From positions 64,001 through 128,000 of the forward strand of contig CAVYYI010000003.1 of NCBI GenBank assembly GCA_963772725.1: a DNA stretch of 64,000 bases, in the 5' to 3' direction. Every line of letters starts with the position of its first letter. The first letter of the stretch is position 1. This document shows positions 41,850-52,540 of this stretch, piece by piece. The DNA comes from an uncultured Phycisphaerales bacterium. Its GTDB lineage: Bacteria > Planctomycetota > Phycisphaerae > Sedimentisphaerales > Anaerobacaceae. The position numbers and the translations under genes were made by a program. The notes beneath the pieces were generated by a model, which searched no databases, was not told where the DNA came from, and was given only the letters and a program-made list of their open reading frames with translations.

Positions 41850-42482
41850 TTACACCTCAGCAATCGCATTCATAATTATTTTATGTACTGTCTCAATTTC
41901 TTCCGCGGCGTTGACGACAACAAATCCGTCGCGGTCTTTGGCCAGAGCCAGAAATCCCTGCCGAACCTTCTCATGATACTCATCGCCCTTCTGCTCCATT
42001 CTATCCAACTGAGGTTTCAGCCTCGGCCTCGCCGCCGCAAGGTCAACATCGAGTATAATCGTCAAATCAGGCCAAACCCGCTCAAGACTGCTCGCCGCCA
42101 GCTTAATAACATTATCAATCCCAAACCCGCCCGCATAACCCTGATACGCACAGGTACTGGACAGCCAGCGGTCAAGAATAACGCATTTCTTCCGCAATAG
42201 CGCCGGTTTGATTTTCTCTTCCCAAAGCTGCGCCCGCGCGGCCATATAAAGCAAAAGCTCCGTCTGCGTACTCATTACGTTATGCTCCGGGTTGAGCAGG
42301 ATATGCCTTATCTTCTCACCGATAGCAGTCGTTCCGGGGTCGCGAAACATTTCCGTCTCTACGTCCATTTCTTCAAGCCGGCTCATAACAAGTTTAGCCT
42401 GCGTACTTTTCCCGCACCCGTCCGGCCCGTCCAGAACGATAAATTTCGACTCCAATCTGCTTTTCAAATCAGTCCGTGCCAA
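41850..42482 (-). CDS. tmk: Thymidylate kinase
   Basis: DGPDGCGKSTQ, LLYMAARAQ, DRW..S..AYQG. Confidence 0.96.
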   Translation of the reverse strand: MARTDLKSRLESKFIVLDGPDGCGKSTQAKLVMSRLEEMDVETEMFRDPGTTAIGEKIRHILLNPEHNVMSTQTELLLYMAARAQLWEEKIKPALLRKKCVILDRWLSSTCAYQGYAGGFGIDNVIKLAASSLERVWPDLTIILDVDLAAARPRLKPQLDRMEQKGDEYHEKVRQGFLALAKDRDGFVVVNAAEEIETVHKIIMNAIAEV

Positions 42483-42638
42483 CGATATCCCTTTCCAAAA
42501 CGGTAAAATTTACTGAGGTTTTCAATAATTTAGGCCATAGCGATATGACTGTCAACTTAAAAGGCGAATCGCCAAAAGGTTGCCGCATTTGTCTTGTGTC
42601 CGGTATCTTTAGGACGCGGATTTGTAAAGAGCGGCGAG

Positions 42639-43193
42639 TTATTTGTTTTTTTGGAGCATTTGGGACTGGAACTGGATGAGTTCATCCGCGGAGATTTTGA
42701 CTTCCCTTAAATCGCCGAAAATTACACCATAGTTGCCGTCTTCATCTTTCCATTGCATAAGAATAGCGTTAGGGTCGCCAATTTTGATATTATCACCGTA
42801 ATAAGAGACGGGAACACCGTGGGAAGCCATAGCGGTGTAACGTGATTTAACCACGGTTAGGTCAATGTTGCGGTTTTTCGTAAAGCCAGAGATGCAATAT
42901 TCAAAGACAATCCTTGCATCCTGATACAGACCGCCATCAAACGACTGGCCCCTGAAGAAATGCGCAAAGAGAAGCATTGTTACGATGATAGCGGCGGCAG
43001 CAGCGATTTTGCTGACACGCAAATCAATAATTATATTGATGGTATTCAGGCCGTGATGACCGACATGGAGTCTTTGGGGAATATTGTGCTTAATTTCATC
43101 GGCGAGGCTGTCACGAACGGGTTCGGATGTCGTCTCGGCAAGAGGACTGAGCATCTTTTCAAGTTTATCTTTTTCCATATCCATTTTTGACAC
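42639..43193 (-). CDS. Single-TM protein, probable anti-sigma factor
   Basis: Overlaps the 3' end of the ECF sigma gene; KIAAAAAIIV TM segment. Confidence 0.55.
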   Translation of the reverse strand: MSKMDMEKDKLEKMLSPLAETTSEPVRDSLADEIKHNIPQRLHVGHHGLNTINIIIDLRVSKIAAAAAIIVTMLLFAHFFRGQSFDGGLYQDARIVFEYCISGFTKNRNIDLTVVKSRYTAMASHGVPVSYYGDNIKIGDPNAILMQWKDEDGNYGVIFGDLREVKISADELIQFQSQMLQKNK

Positions 43194-43750
43194 CTGTGTT
43201 TTCAGCCATTTCTTTTCTTAAAGTTTCCAGTGCCCTGTTAAGCCGGCTCTTAAATGTCCCCTGCCTTACACCGGCAGCACCGGCGGCGTCGGCTATATTG
43301 AGGTTCTGCAAATAATGCAAAACAATCGTTTCCTTCAATTTCCGTTCCAATCGTTTCACCGCACCGTTGAGGCGCTTCAAGGTCTTCATTTTTCTCTGCC
43401 ATACCCGCGGCGGCGCCTGCCGGTAAATCTAATTCGTCGATATTAACCGTACCGTGACCTTTACGTTTTCGCCAATATTGCTTCGAGACATTACTGGCGA
43501 TATTATAAATCCACGCACTTAATGCATCACCATTTCTCAGCCGCGAGGCGTTACTCCAAATATCGAGAAAGCACTCCTGTGTAAGCTCTTCACTGATACT
43601 ATGGCTGTGTCCGAGCCTTCTCATATACAGATATATCTGCCGGTAGTATAAATCGACGACCTCGCTGGCGGCGGCAACATCACCGGCTTTCAACCGTGAC
43701 CCAAGCAATGCCAGCTTATCTTTCAGGCTATCTTCCATTGATTCAACCAT
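43165..43750 (-). CDS. ECF RNA polymerase sigma factor; frameshift near 43380
   Basis: Region 2 EELTQECF...AWIYNIASN; region 4 GTFKSRLNRA. Confidence 0.9.
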
Positions 43751-43765
43751 CAGAACTATTGTTTA

Positions 43766-43792
43766 AGATGCGCAAAGTACGGCATCTGTTCC
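43766..43792 (-). promoter_or_regulatory. Putative autoregulatory ECF promoter
   Basis: GGAAC-16 nt-GCATCT just upstream of the sigma gene. Confidence 0.45.
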
Positions 43793-43949
43793 ATAAATTT
43801 TAAAATTTTTAAAAAAATTTATCTTTACCTTACAATATTATACAAAAATCCCGCCGTTTATAGCATTAAAAAAAGGGAAATGTAAGTTTTTGAGGTTAAA
43901 AATGCGACTTTCGAGGCAAACCGAGGGTTTGAGTGAATATTACGAAATT

Positions 43950-44457
43950 TTAATTGAGGCTTCTGCGGACGGTTGCGGCGGCGGAGAGGGTCTTCCTGCA
44001 TGCCACCGTTGGTTACAGTGATAACAATCTGGACATTTTTTACGTATGTTATAGCGCCTTCGGAGACTATTTCCTTTTGGAAATTCATAGAAGTAACATT
44101 GCCGCAGAGGGTGTAATCGGTGTCGGAGAGATTGCTGTTTGTAATGAGGTAAAGTTTTTTGTCGGTGCTGCTGTAACGATATGTAATGTCATCGCCGTCG
44201 GCGGTAATCATCGTACATTCATTGACCGGAGCGGCGGGGTCAACGGCCTGGGCGGTACGCAGTTGAGTTGTTAATCGAACCAGGGCCTGGCGGGCGGAAT
44301 TTATGGATTTGAAAATGTTCTCATTCTGCTCACAATTTATGACAGAGGCATTGAACGCGACGGCGACAGCGGCCAGAAGCACCGCGGTTATGGCCAAACC
44401 AATGAGCAGTTCGACCATCGTAAAAGCGCCTGATTTTTTATTTATCTTTATCAACAT
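43950..44457 (-). CDS. Prepilin-type N-methylation domain protein (minor pilin); frameshift near the C-terminus
   Basis: GAFTMVELLIGL. Confidence 0.85.
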
Positions 44458-44470
44458 AACTATATGCCTT

Positions 44471-44983
44471 TTAATATCTTGCGCGAATCCAACTGGCGGA
44501 AGTAATCTGCCTGGAATTGATATAAATCTTTACAGTTACACGTACAAAACGGCTGCCGTGGTGAGCGACTACCTGATTAAAATTCGATGCGCTGACATTT
44601 TCAACAGTAATCCGCTGACTAAAGGCTGGAAAACTGGTCAGGATATCGCATCCCGCGCTAATCGGGGGGCAGAAATTTTTGCCGTCGAAATCATCCAGGT
44701 CGTCATAAGCGGCAAGGGTGGCTTCCTCGGCACCGAATGTCGTGGTGTCGGTCTGAGGGTCAACTACCGGGAGCATAGTGGTGAGTTCTCGTATCTGCTC
44801 AATCAAAAATTCGGCAGTGGATAAATTGGCGCCTATGCCGTTGGCTTTTGTAAAGGCCATATTTGCTCCAAGCAGGGATGCTATCGCAAGACCCACCAAT
44901 AAAGTTGCAATCAGCACCTCAACAAGAGTAAAAGCTTTTAAGTTTTTCATATTTTGGGCCTGTTTATTTGCCGGTAACAGCAC
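44471..44983 (-). CDS. Prepilin-type N-methylation domain protein (minor pilin)
   Basis: KAFTLVEVLIA. Confidence 0.85.
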   Translation of the reverse strand: MLLPANKQAQNMKNLKAFTLVEVLIATLLVGLAIASLLGANMAFTKANGIGANLSTAEFLIEQIRELTTMLPVVDPQTDTTTFGAEEATLAAYDDLDDFDGKNFCPPISAGCDILTSFPAFSQRITVENVSASNFNQVVAHHGSRFVRVTVKIYINSRQITSASWIRARY

Positions 44984-46094
44984 TTGACATTTTGAAAATC
45001 GGCAGAATGATACTCATAGCGATAAAGCCTACGAGTACGCCCATCAAGACAATCATTATAGGCTCAATCATAGATGTTACGGTTTTAATCGTAGTTTTGA
45101 GTTCCCTGCCATAAAATTCAGACACATCTTTTAACACATCGCAGAGCGTTCCGGAATCCTCGCCGCTTTTTATCATCTGGACAACATTGCCCGGCATCAA
45201 GTTATACTGGTTGAGGCTGAGGGCGATTTTTCTTCCCTGCCTGACGTTTTCGTGGACGCCGAGCCACATATTTTTGAAGAGGGTGTTTCCGGAAATTTGG
45301 GCTGTTATAGCGAGCGTATCGAGAATTGGCACACCGGACTGCATTAAAACGCCCATAGTGTGCAGGCATCTTGTAATATAAAGATTTCTGCAGAGAGTTT
45401 TCATAAGAGGGACGGTAAGTTTGACCTTGTCCCACCAGGCACGTCCGACTTTGGTGTGGATAAAATAAATAAAGACACCGACGGCGATGGCAACGACGGG
45501 CACAACCAAAAACCAGTAAGAGCGGAGGAAAAAGCTGCCCGCCATAAGTATTTTAGTAGGCGCTGGGAGAAGGTCCTCTCTGCCGGCAAAAATGGCGGTA
45601 AATCGGGGCAGTACAAAGCAGAGCAAGAAAACAGTTACCGAGACAGCCATTACAGCGATAATAACCGGATAAACCATAGCTCCTTTAACCTGAGAGCGTG
45701 TTTCGGCCTCCTGGTCGAGGTACTCGAACTAATTTCTGGAGCATAGAGCTAAGCGAACCGGAAACTTCGGCGGCAGCGATCATATTAATATACAGATTAG
45801 TGAAGGTATCCTGATGCTCACCAAGTGCCTGTGAAAAACTCTGTCCTTCTTCGATTCTTTTTTTGAGGTCGATGATGATGGTTTTGAATTTGAGATTGGT
45901 CTGCTGCTCACCAATAGATTCAAGAGCATCCTGCAGGCTGATGCCAGCACGAATCATAACGGAGAGCTGATTTGTGAAGTTGAGAATGTCTTTTCTGCCA
46001 GGGCCAAATTCAAATCTTAAATTTCGCGCGGTAATTTAGCATTAGCAGTTTTTTGCTGACGATTTTGTAAAGCCAACGCAGATTGTTCGGTCAT
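44964..46094 (-). CDS. pilC: PilC/GspF platform protein; two frameshifts
   Basis: FTNQLSVMIRAGI, AEVSGSL, AMVYP, GEDSGTL, MIEP, ILPIF. Confidence 0.9.
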
Positions 46095-46109
46095 AATATC
46101 ACCTTTGTT

Positions 46110-47249
46110 TTAAGAATTCACCGGTTCAAGCTCTTCGGCAGGTTTGAGCAGCTTATCCATTTTTATGGGATTTGTGGACCTTGTAACAGCTTCATCCCTG
46201 TCAAGATAACCTCTCGAATACATATCCGCGATGCTGAAATCCATAGTCTGCATTCCCAGTCTCCGGCTGGTTTCAATGACGTTCGGAATTTCGAAAATTC
46301 TGTTTTCGCGGATGCAGTTTCTAACAGCGGAGGTGCACAAAAGAATTTCAATACAGGGTACCATTCCCGGTTCGTCAACACGGCGGAAGAGGGTCTGAGA
46401 AATAACAGCCTGGAGAGTATTGGCGAGCATTGTTCGTATCTGATTCTGCTGACTGGCGGGGTAAATATCAATAATACGTTCGACAGTCTGTGAGGCATTG
46501 ACCGTATGCAGTGTGCTGAAGACAAGGTGGCCGGTCTCGGCGGCAGTAATCGTCGAGCTTGTAGTTTCGAGGTCTCGCATTTCACCGACCATAATCACAT
46601 CGGGGTCCTGGCGTAAGACATGTTTGAGTCCCGAGGCGAAATTAGGACAATCAGAACCAATTTCCCGCTGCTCAATCATACATTTGTTATTTGAAAGCTG
46701 ATATTCAACGGGGTCCTCAATCGTAATGATGCGTTCTCTATATTTTTCATTAATGACATTCAACATTGAAGCGAGGGTTGTGCTTTTTCCTGAACCCGTA
46801 TGGCCCGTAACAAGGACAAGGCCTCTCGGCAACTCCGTAAGTTCAGCAACTATCGCTGGCAGATGCAAAGCGTCAATTTTCGGAATTTTGTTTGGAATTA
46901 CCCTGAATGAAATGGCAATAGTATCCCTCTGATAATGGGCGTTAACGCGAAAGCGGTGTCCATCGTCGAGAGTGGTGGAAAAGTCAATGTCTCTATTTGT
47001 CTCAAAAGTTTTGAACCTGTCACTGCCGACCATAGAGAGTACCATTTGTTTGGCATCTTCATTGCTGACGGCATTAAAATTGGCTTTAAGCGTATCCATC
47101 GCAATGAGGTTTGTGTTTTTTCGAAAAATAGGCGGCATATCAACATTGATATGAATATCACTTGCCCCCTGTATTATTGATTCTTCGAGTATAACTTTAA
47201 CATCTATCATAATTAAAACCTCCTGACGCGGCATGAAGGCCGCAACCAA
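46110..47249 (-). CDS. pilT: Pilus retraction ATPase PilT
   Basis: ASDIH, RFRVN, GHTGSGKSTT, EDPVE, LRQDPD, AAETGHLVFSTLHT, AVRNCIRE. Confidence 0.93.
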   Translation of the reverse strand: MVAAFMPRQEVLIMIDVKVILEESIIQGASDIHINVDMPPIFRKNTNLIAMDTLKANFNAVSNEDAKQMVLSMVGSDRFKTFETNRDIDFSTTLDDGHRFRVNAHYQRDTIAISFRVIPNKIPKIDALHLPAIVAELTELPRGLVLVTGHTGSGKSTTLASMLNVINEKYRERIITIEDPVEYQLSNNKCMIEQREIGSDCPNFASGLKHVLRQDPDVIMVGEMRDLETTSSTITAAETGHLVFSTLHTVNASQTVERIIDIYPASQQNQIRTMLANTLQAVISQTLFRRVDEPGMVPCIEILLCTSAVRNCIRENRIFEIPNVIETSRRLGMQTMDFSIADMYSRGYLDRDEAVTRSTNPIKMDKLLKPAEELEPVNS

Positions 47250-47360
47250 ACTCTAAGCACTAAGCTCAAAGCACAAAACAAATTAAAATATACAAACTCA
47301 AAATTCAAAATATCCTGGAAAAAGCGATTAGCTTTCCAGATAGTAATACATATAGTTTTA

Positions 47361-49199
47361 TCAACTATTATCGGTCATTTCGGTAACGCGGATAATCTCC
47401 TCGATTGTAGTCAAACCGCTTTTTAATTTTTTGAGACCATCGTCGAAAAGGCTTGCCTGGCCGCTTTCACGAAACGCACGTCGCATATTACTAACCGAGA
47501 CATCAGTATTAATTATATTGCGGAAATTATCATCGACGACAAGGAGTTCATAAATACCCATTCTTCCTGAATAACCGGAACCCCTGCAAGCTTCACAGCC
47601 GGCGCCGTGGAACAATTCATTGGTATTGACGCCATGTTTTGCCAGATACTCGGTCATTTTATCCGAAACTTTGTGAGGTTCCTTGCATTTCGGGCAGATT
47701 TTTCGTACGAGTCTCTGAGCCAGAACGGCATTGAGGGATGCGGCAATGAGGTAAGCGTCCACGCCGATATTAACCAGTCTTGTAACACTGCTGGGGGCAT
47801 CATTGGTGTGAAGAGTTGAGAGGACAAGGTGCCCCGTAAGAGCTGCCTGGACGGCGATTTTCGCTGTTTCATTATCGCGGATTTCGCCTATCATTATGAT
47901 GTCAGGGTCCTGTCGCAGAAGGCTTCTTAAGGCGGAGGCAAAATTTAGTCCCGTTTTATCATTAGTCTGTACCTGATTGCAGAAATCAAGTTCGTATTCA
48001 ACGGGGTCTTCGACAGTAGAGACATTCAGTTTCTCACCATCCATCTGACTTAAAGCTGAGTATAGTGTGGTGTCTCTACCGGAGCCCGTAGGCCCTGTAA
48101 CAAGGAGTATTCCATGGGGCATATCAATCTGCCGTCGAAATGTTTCCGTTACGTCAGGCTCCATTCCCAATTGCTCGAGGCCTCTTAAAATAGATTTGCT
48201 GTCGAGTACGCGTATAACGACTTTTTCTCCGCGGTTAGTCGGGAGAGTTGAAACTCTCAGGTCGATTGCTCTTCCGCCAATAACGACGGAAATTTTACCA
48301 TCCTGGGGCAGTCGTCTTTCAGAAATGTCGAGATTGGCCATAATCTTAACACGTGAAACAACGGCAGGATGCATTTTAAGCGGGGCCTGCATTATTTCAA
48401 ACAGGACGCCGTCTATACGATACCTGATTCTACTGAACTTGTTTTTAGGCTCAATATGAATATCACTGGCGTTTTCACGAATAGCGTTGCTAATAAGATA
48501 ATTGACAAACTTTATGACTGGAGACTCGCCTGCCATTTTGGCGAGGTCATCAATGTCTTTCTGCTCTTCCTGAATAACCTCGACCTCGGTCATATCGCTT
48601 ATTATGTCATCGACGCAGTATTCTTCAGTGGTTTCAGAACTTTCTTTTTCCACGAAAAATTTACAGGTCACATCAATGTCATCCTCCCCGCAGACCACAA
48701 CTTTTAAGGGCATCTTGACCTGTCTTTTTACATCTTCAATCGTGAAGAGATTTGTCGGCTCGGTAGTTGCAACGACGAGTGTATTATCTTCTATGGCAAC
48801 CGGTATTATATGATTATCTTTTATAAAGTCGGGGCTTAATTTTTCAAAAACGGTTTTTTCAATATTCTGCGGTTCAATTCGCCTAAATTCCAAATCGTAT
48901 AATTTGGCCTTTGCCATTAAAATATCAAGTTTACTAACGAGTTTTTCATTGATGAGGATGGTTTCTGAATCGACGTTAGGATTGGCGGCGCGTTTGCTTT
49001 GCAGATATTTGAACTGGTCAGAAGTAAGCTTGTCCAAATCCAGCAAGACATCGATAATATCGTATCCGGAAACAGCGGTATCGCTGTCGGAATCCGAGAC
49101 GGATTTATCAGGAGTGTAAATATCGCTTAATCCGCGAATTTCCGTATCCTGAATATCGAACCCTTCAACCATCTCTTCTTTTGTTATGCCTTTTATCAT
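47361..49199 (-). CDS. pilB: PilB/GspE assembly ATPase
   Basis: ASDIHIEP, RYRIDG, ERRLPQDG, LRQDPD, TGHLVLSTLHTN, tetracysteine motif. Confidence 0.93.
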   Translation of the reverse strand: MIKGITKEEMVEGFDIQDTEIRGLSDIYTPDKSVSDSDSDTAVSGYDIIDVLLDLDKLTSDQFKYLQSKRAANPNVDSETILINEKLVSKLDILMAKAKLYDLEFRRIEPQNIEKTVFEKLSPDFIKDNHIIPVAIEDNTLVVATTEPTNLFTIEDVKRQVKMPLKVVVCGEDDIDVTCKFFVEKESSETTEEYCVDDIISDMTEVEVIQEEQKDIDDLAKMAGESPVIKFVNYLISNAIRENASDIHIEPKNKFSRIRYRIDGVLFEIMQAPLKMHPAVVSRVKIMANLDISERRLPQDGKISVVIGGRAIDLRVSTLPTNRGEKVVIRVLDSKSILRGLEQLGMEPDVTETFRRQIDMPHGILLVTGPTGSGRDTTLYSALSQMDGEKLNVSTVEDPVEYELDFCNQVQTNDKTGLNFASALRSLLRQDPDIIMIGEIRDNETAKIAVQAALTGHLVLSTLHTNDAPSSVTRLVNIGVDAYLIAASLNAVLAQRLVRKICPKCKEPHKVSDKMTEYLAKHGVNTNELFHGAGCEACRGSGYSGRMGIYELLVVDDNFRNIINTDVSVSNMRRAFRESGQASLFDDGLKKLKSGLTTIEEIIRVTEMTDNS

Positions 49200-49207
49200 T
49201 TTATTAC

Positions 49208-49933
49208 CTAATTCTGACTATCCGCGGTTAGTTTAAGAATAATCTCCACTGTTTCGGTTTCGATGTTATTGCCTTTGGTGGGAAGCTTCGGGTCATGAGC
49301 AGATTCAAGTTTAACAGAGTCGTTTGTAATTTTTCGTACAACAAAACCGCCTATTGAATCACCCTGGTAAAGAATTTTATCGTCAATCATACAGCAGTTT
49401 CCTCGCGCGTCACTCATTATACTCAGAAGCTGGAGACTTCTTGCCTGCTGCCTTATCTGTTCTTCCCTGCTGCCAGCGTCATTGTCGTTAGCGTAGGAGG
49501 AACCAAGAATTTGGCTCATTATTTTGCTGATACTCTCAAGCATGAAAGGGTTCTTGGCTAGTTTTTTAATCTGTATATTCTGGACATTTCCCATACTGCC
49601 GAATTTATCAATAATTCTTTCGAGGCCGTCAAACATTTCAGATTTGACGCCTGTAAGTTTCGCAATAGCCGTCTCTATTTGTGCCTCTTCAGCAGTCACA
49701 CCGGACTGATTTGCGGACGCAGCGGCAGGAGTACTCTTTTTAATCATAAACAAAATGCATAAGAGCCCTACCACGAATAAAACCATTAGAAGTATAGTGC
49801 TGTTACGCACTTTTTTCGGTTGAGCTGTTACGACAAAGTCCTGTCCCTGCTGTTCAGTGTTTTCCTGAGGCTGAGAGGCGCCGGGCTTGCCACGTGATAA
49901 AATACTTTCAGAATCTCGTAAAAAAGACAGCAT
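49208..49933 (-). CDS. Hypothetical single-TM protein (PilP/GspC-like position)
   Basis: TM helix, NPF motif, LLSIM...IDDKIL..GD pattern; follows pilO. Confidence 0.55.
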   Translation of the reverse strand: MLSFLRDSESILSRGKPGASQPQENTEQQGQDFVVTAQPKKVRNSTILLMVLFVVGLLCILFMIKKSTPAAASANQSGVTAEEAQIETAIAKLTGVKSEMFDGLERIIDKFGSMGNVQNIQIKKLAKNPFMLESISKIMSQILGSSYANDNDAGSREEQIRQQARSLQLLSIMSDARGNCCMIDDKILYQGDSIGGFVVRKITNDSVKLESAHDPKLPTKGNNIETETVEIILKLTADSQN

Positions 49934-50003
49934 AATTATGCTCCATTCAAATTTTTCAAATTTCTCTTTTTTTTAACTAACCACTATAAACTCGAAATTA
50001 AAT

Positions 50004-50555
50004 CTATCCGGCCTTGTTCTGGAAAAAAATACTAATGACGAAATTAGCAGTTACCTGTCCGTCAGTCTGGTCGAGCGTACCACCCTTGAGTCTTCCAAGC
50101 TCGAGCTGCCTTATCTTCATTATTCGAGGCAGTCTCTCAATCTCGAGCAGGAATGAATAAAAGGAATTGAAGTCCCCAGTAAGCTCCATTTTCAGGGGCT
50201 GCTCGACATATCCGCTATTGTCCTTTATCTTCAATGCCCTGATGGTCTTAGGAGTAAGACCTTCTTTTTGCGCAATGACTGTAACCTGCTCAAGAACTTT
50301 GTGTATCTCGCTGGTAGGCGGGAGCTTATCTTCGAGCATCTTAACAGCCTGCTGGAGTTCAACGAGCTGCTTATTCCAGTCCTTGACCGCAGCGGCCGCT
50401 TTTTCAAACTCCGCAAGTTTTCCCAGCTCTTTCTGTACCTGGGCTTTTTTTTCCTTCAAATCATTATTGGCGGGCTTAATCATATATTGATAGGAAATGC
50501 ACGTTACCCCAACCAAAAAAATAAAAAACACAAGTTTTCTTGAATTGCCGCTCAT
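50004..50555 (-). CDS. pilO: Type IV pilus protein PilO
   Basis: LP...EI..VL, YVEQP, GDFNSFYSFL..IERLPRI. Confidence 0.85.
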   Translation of the reverse strand: MSGNSRKLVFFIFLVGVTCISYQYMIKPANNDLKEKKAQVQKELGKLAEFEKAAAAVKDWNKQLVELQQAVKMLEDKLPPTSEIHKVLEQVTVIAQKEGLTPKTIRALKIKDNSGYVEQPLKMELTGDFNSFYSFLLEIERLPRIMKIRQLELGRLKGGTLDQTDGQVTANFVISIFFQNKAG

Positions 50556-50585
50556 ACTTTTTCACCTTACCTGTTTATAAACTTA

Positions 50586-51341
50586 TTATTTTAAATTAGC
50601 CGATAAATTTTCTACTTTGATTCGTTCCAAATCCTTGATTGTAACGTGAGCATCTTTTCTGACGATAGCAGTCAATTTGAACTGCCTGAAACCCGAATCC
50701 TCATTAGCCTTACTGGTACCAGAGCTGAGGTTTTTATATTCCTTCGATTCGACGAGTTCCACATCATCGAGCAAGGCGAGACCCCCGAGACGTTCGATAT
50801 AGGAGGCAACTTGAAGGTCACTTGGGGCAATACCTTCTATCTCAATCTGCGTTTCGAGGAGTCTTTCAGGAGAAACTTCGGGCTGTGCCTGTTCGCCTTT
50901 TTCGGCCTTTGCAAGCTGATATTTATTTGCCGGCGGTGCGGGCTGCGCCTTAGGACGCGATTTAACCGCATTTATTTCCTTCTGCAGACAATTTATTTTT
51001 AAAAGGGACGTTCCGGCGGGCAGATTATTAGTTAAAGAGGCGACTAAAATACTGCGAGGCACAGTCTCGATAAGGTCAGAGGCGGTAACGGCAGTTTTTA
51101 ACATGGTTTTAAGGGTACTCTGAACCTCATCAAATTTTTTCATATTTTCCTGAGCCTGGACTACTTTAGTATTAACAAGCTTTTCCTGCTCTTTCAACTC
51201 TTTCTGTCTGACTTTGATAGCGGCGAACGAGCCTGCCAAGCCAACCATGACAATCAAAAACAGAACGAGATAGAACAGATTTGTTCTATGGGATTCGCTG
51301 CCCTGAATATAATCATCCGGTACAAAGTTTATATTAAGCAT
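50586..51341 (-). CDS. pilN: PilN domain protein
   Basis: INFVP start, TM helix, coiled coil, IEGIA. Confidence 0.8.
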   Translation of the reverse strand: MLNINFVPDDYIQGSESHRTNLFYLVLFLIVMVGLAGSFAAIKVRQKELKEQEKLVNTKVVQAQENMKKFDEVQSTLKTMLKTAVTASDLIETVPRSILVASLTNNLPAGTSLLKINCLQKEINAVKSRPKAQPAPPANKYQLAKAEKGEQAQPEVSPERLLETQIEIEGIAPSDLQVASYIERLGGLALLDDVELVESKEYKNLSSGTSKANEDSGFRQFKLTAIVRKDAHVTIKDLERIKVENLSANLK

Positions 51342-51364
51342 AATTTTTCCTGCCTTCCTTTAAA

Positions 51365-52342
51365 TTATGATAGGCTAAGCCCAAAGGCGGTAGCCCAGTT
51401 AATCTGCGAACCTCTGCGGTCAATTCCGGCTTCGTACAAGTTTTCAATTGCGGCTAGACAGTCTCCCATCTGTGCAGGCAATTCCATTTGCTTTGCAATC
51501 GCGGCCAATATAGCCCTATCAGCCATTTGACTCGAAAGAAAAACTATTCGCTCAATTTGAGATTTTTTATACATAGAGGCAAACATTTTTCTTGAGACAT
51601 TGAGTTCAAAAACAAGTTTTTTTACGGCATCTTCGGCCCCAAGCCGTTCCATACCAAGCGGTATCGAGTGAGCAAAAAGGATATTCTTATGTCTGCAGAT
51701 GACAAGGTTAGTAGAATCCTGCTCCATTTCAAGAAGGATAACGACAGCCTGAAGGTCACTTTTTCTTCTGCCAAAAAACCTTGTGTACACGTTAACTAGC
51801 GCCAGAGGCCAGACACCTATTGATTTAATATGCAGGTTTGCTTTTTCATATATCGCGAGGTGCCTGTCAATTTTCGCTCTTGGAACCGCTATTACCATTA
51901 CATTATCTTCATCGCATGGAATGCACTTTATAACCGCGTCATCCGGTTCAAAAGGCAGTTTTTTCTTAACTTTCGCGAAAACGGCGGCGTCAAGCTTGCC
52001 GCTCTCCGCAGCGGTTATTTTCAAATGGTCAATAAATACCTCATTGGCAGGCATTGCAGCTATGACCTCTCTGCCAATAAATTTGCCATTGGATGTCATT
52101 TTTTTAACAGCTTCCATAGCCCATTTCTGCCATTCACTGCTGGCCGATGCAATAGTAACAGGTCTATTTTCAGATGCTCCCGAAGCTAAACTAACCGTAT
52201 TTCCGTTGCGCCTAAACTGCGCAATCTTCACAACGTTATTGCCAATATCCACTCCGGCTGGAAAAACCTGCTTCCTCCAGAGCCACATTATTTTTTGAAT
52301 ACTTTGAAAAAAATTATTTTTGTTTAACATTAATAAATACAC
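51365..52342 (-). CDS. pilM: PilM-like protein
   Basis: GVDIGNNVVKIAQ, ATAFGLSL; precedes pilN-pilO. Confidence 0.8.
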   Translation of the reverse strand: MYLLMLNKNNFFQSIQKIMWLWRKQVFPAGVDIGNNVVKIAQFRRNGNTVSLASGASENRPVTIASASSEWQKWAMEAVKKMTSNGKFIGREVIAAMPANEVFIDHLKITAAESGKLDAAVFAKVKKKLPFEPDDAVIKCIPCDEDNVMVIAVPRAKIDRHLAIYEKANLHIKSIGVWPLALVNVYTRFFGRRKSDLQAVVILLEMEQDSTNLVICRHKNILFAHSIPLGMERLGAEDAVKKLVFELNVSRKMFASMYKKSQIERIVFLSSQMADRAILAAIAKQMELPAQMGDCLAAIENLYEAGIDRRGSQINWATAFGLSLS

Positions 52343-52540
52343 CTACTAAAAAACGCCCTCTGTCGCTCTTTTATAATCACTCCAAAAGCTTTCCCCAGTT
52401 TTTGGGAAAAAGCTGTACACGGAAAGTATAAGAAACAAAATCCTAATTCGCCAAATCGAATTCAATGTTAAATCTCGGCTTTTTGAGGCTAAGTAATTAG
52501 AAGCAAACGAAGAGGTTTATGTAAAGTCTGATAAAATCGC

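Noticed and set aside
48064..48093. Degenerate Walker A (GPTGSGRDTT) suggesting an inactive PilB
   Set aside because: AGAGAC versus the expected AAGACC is explained by two compensating indels in an error-prone sequence
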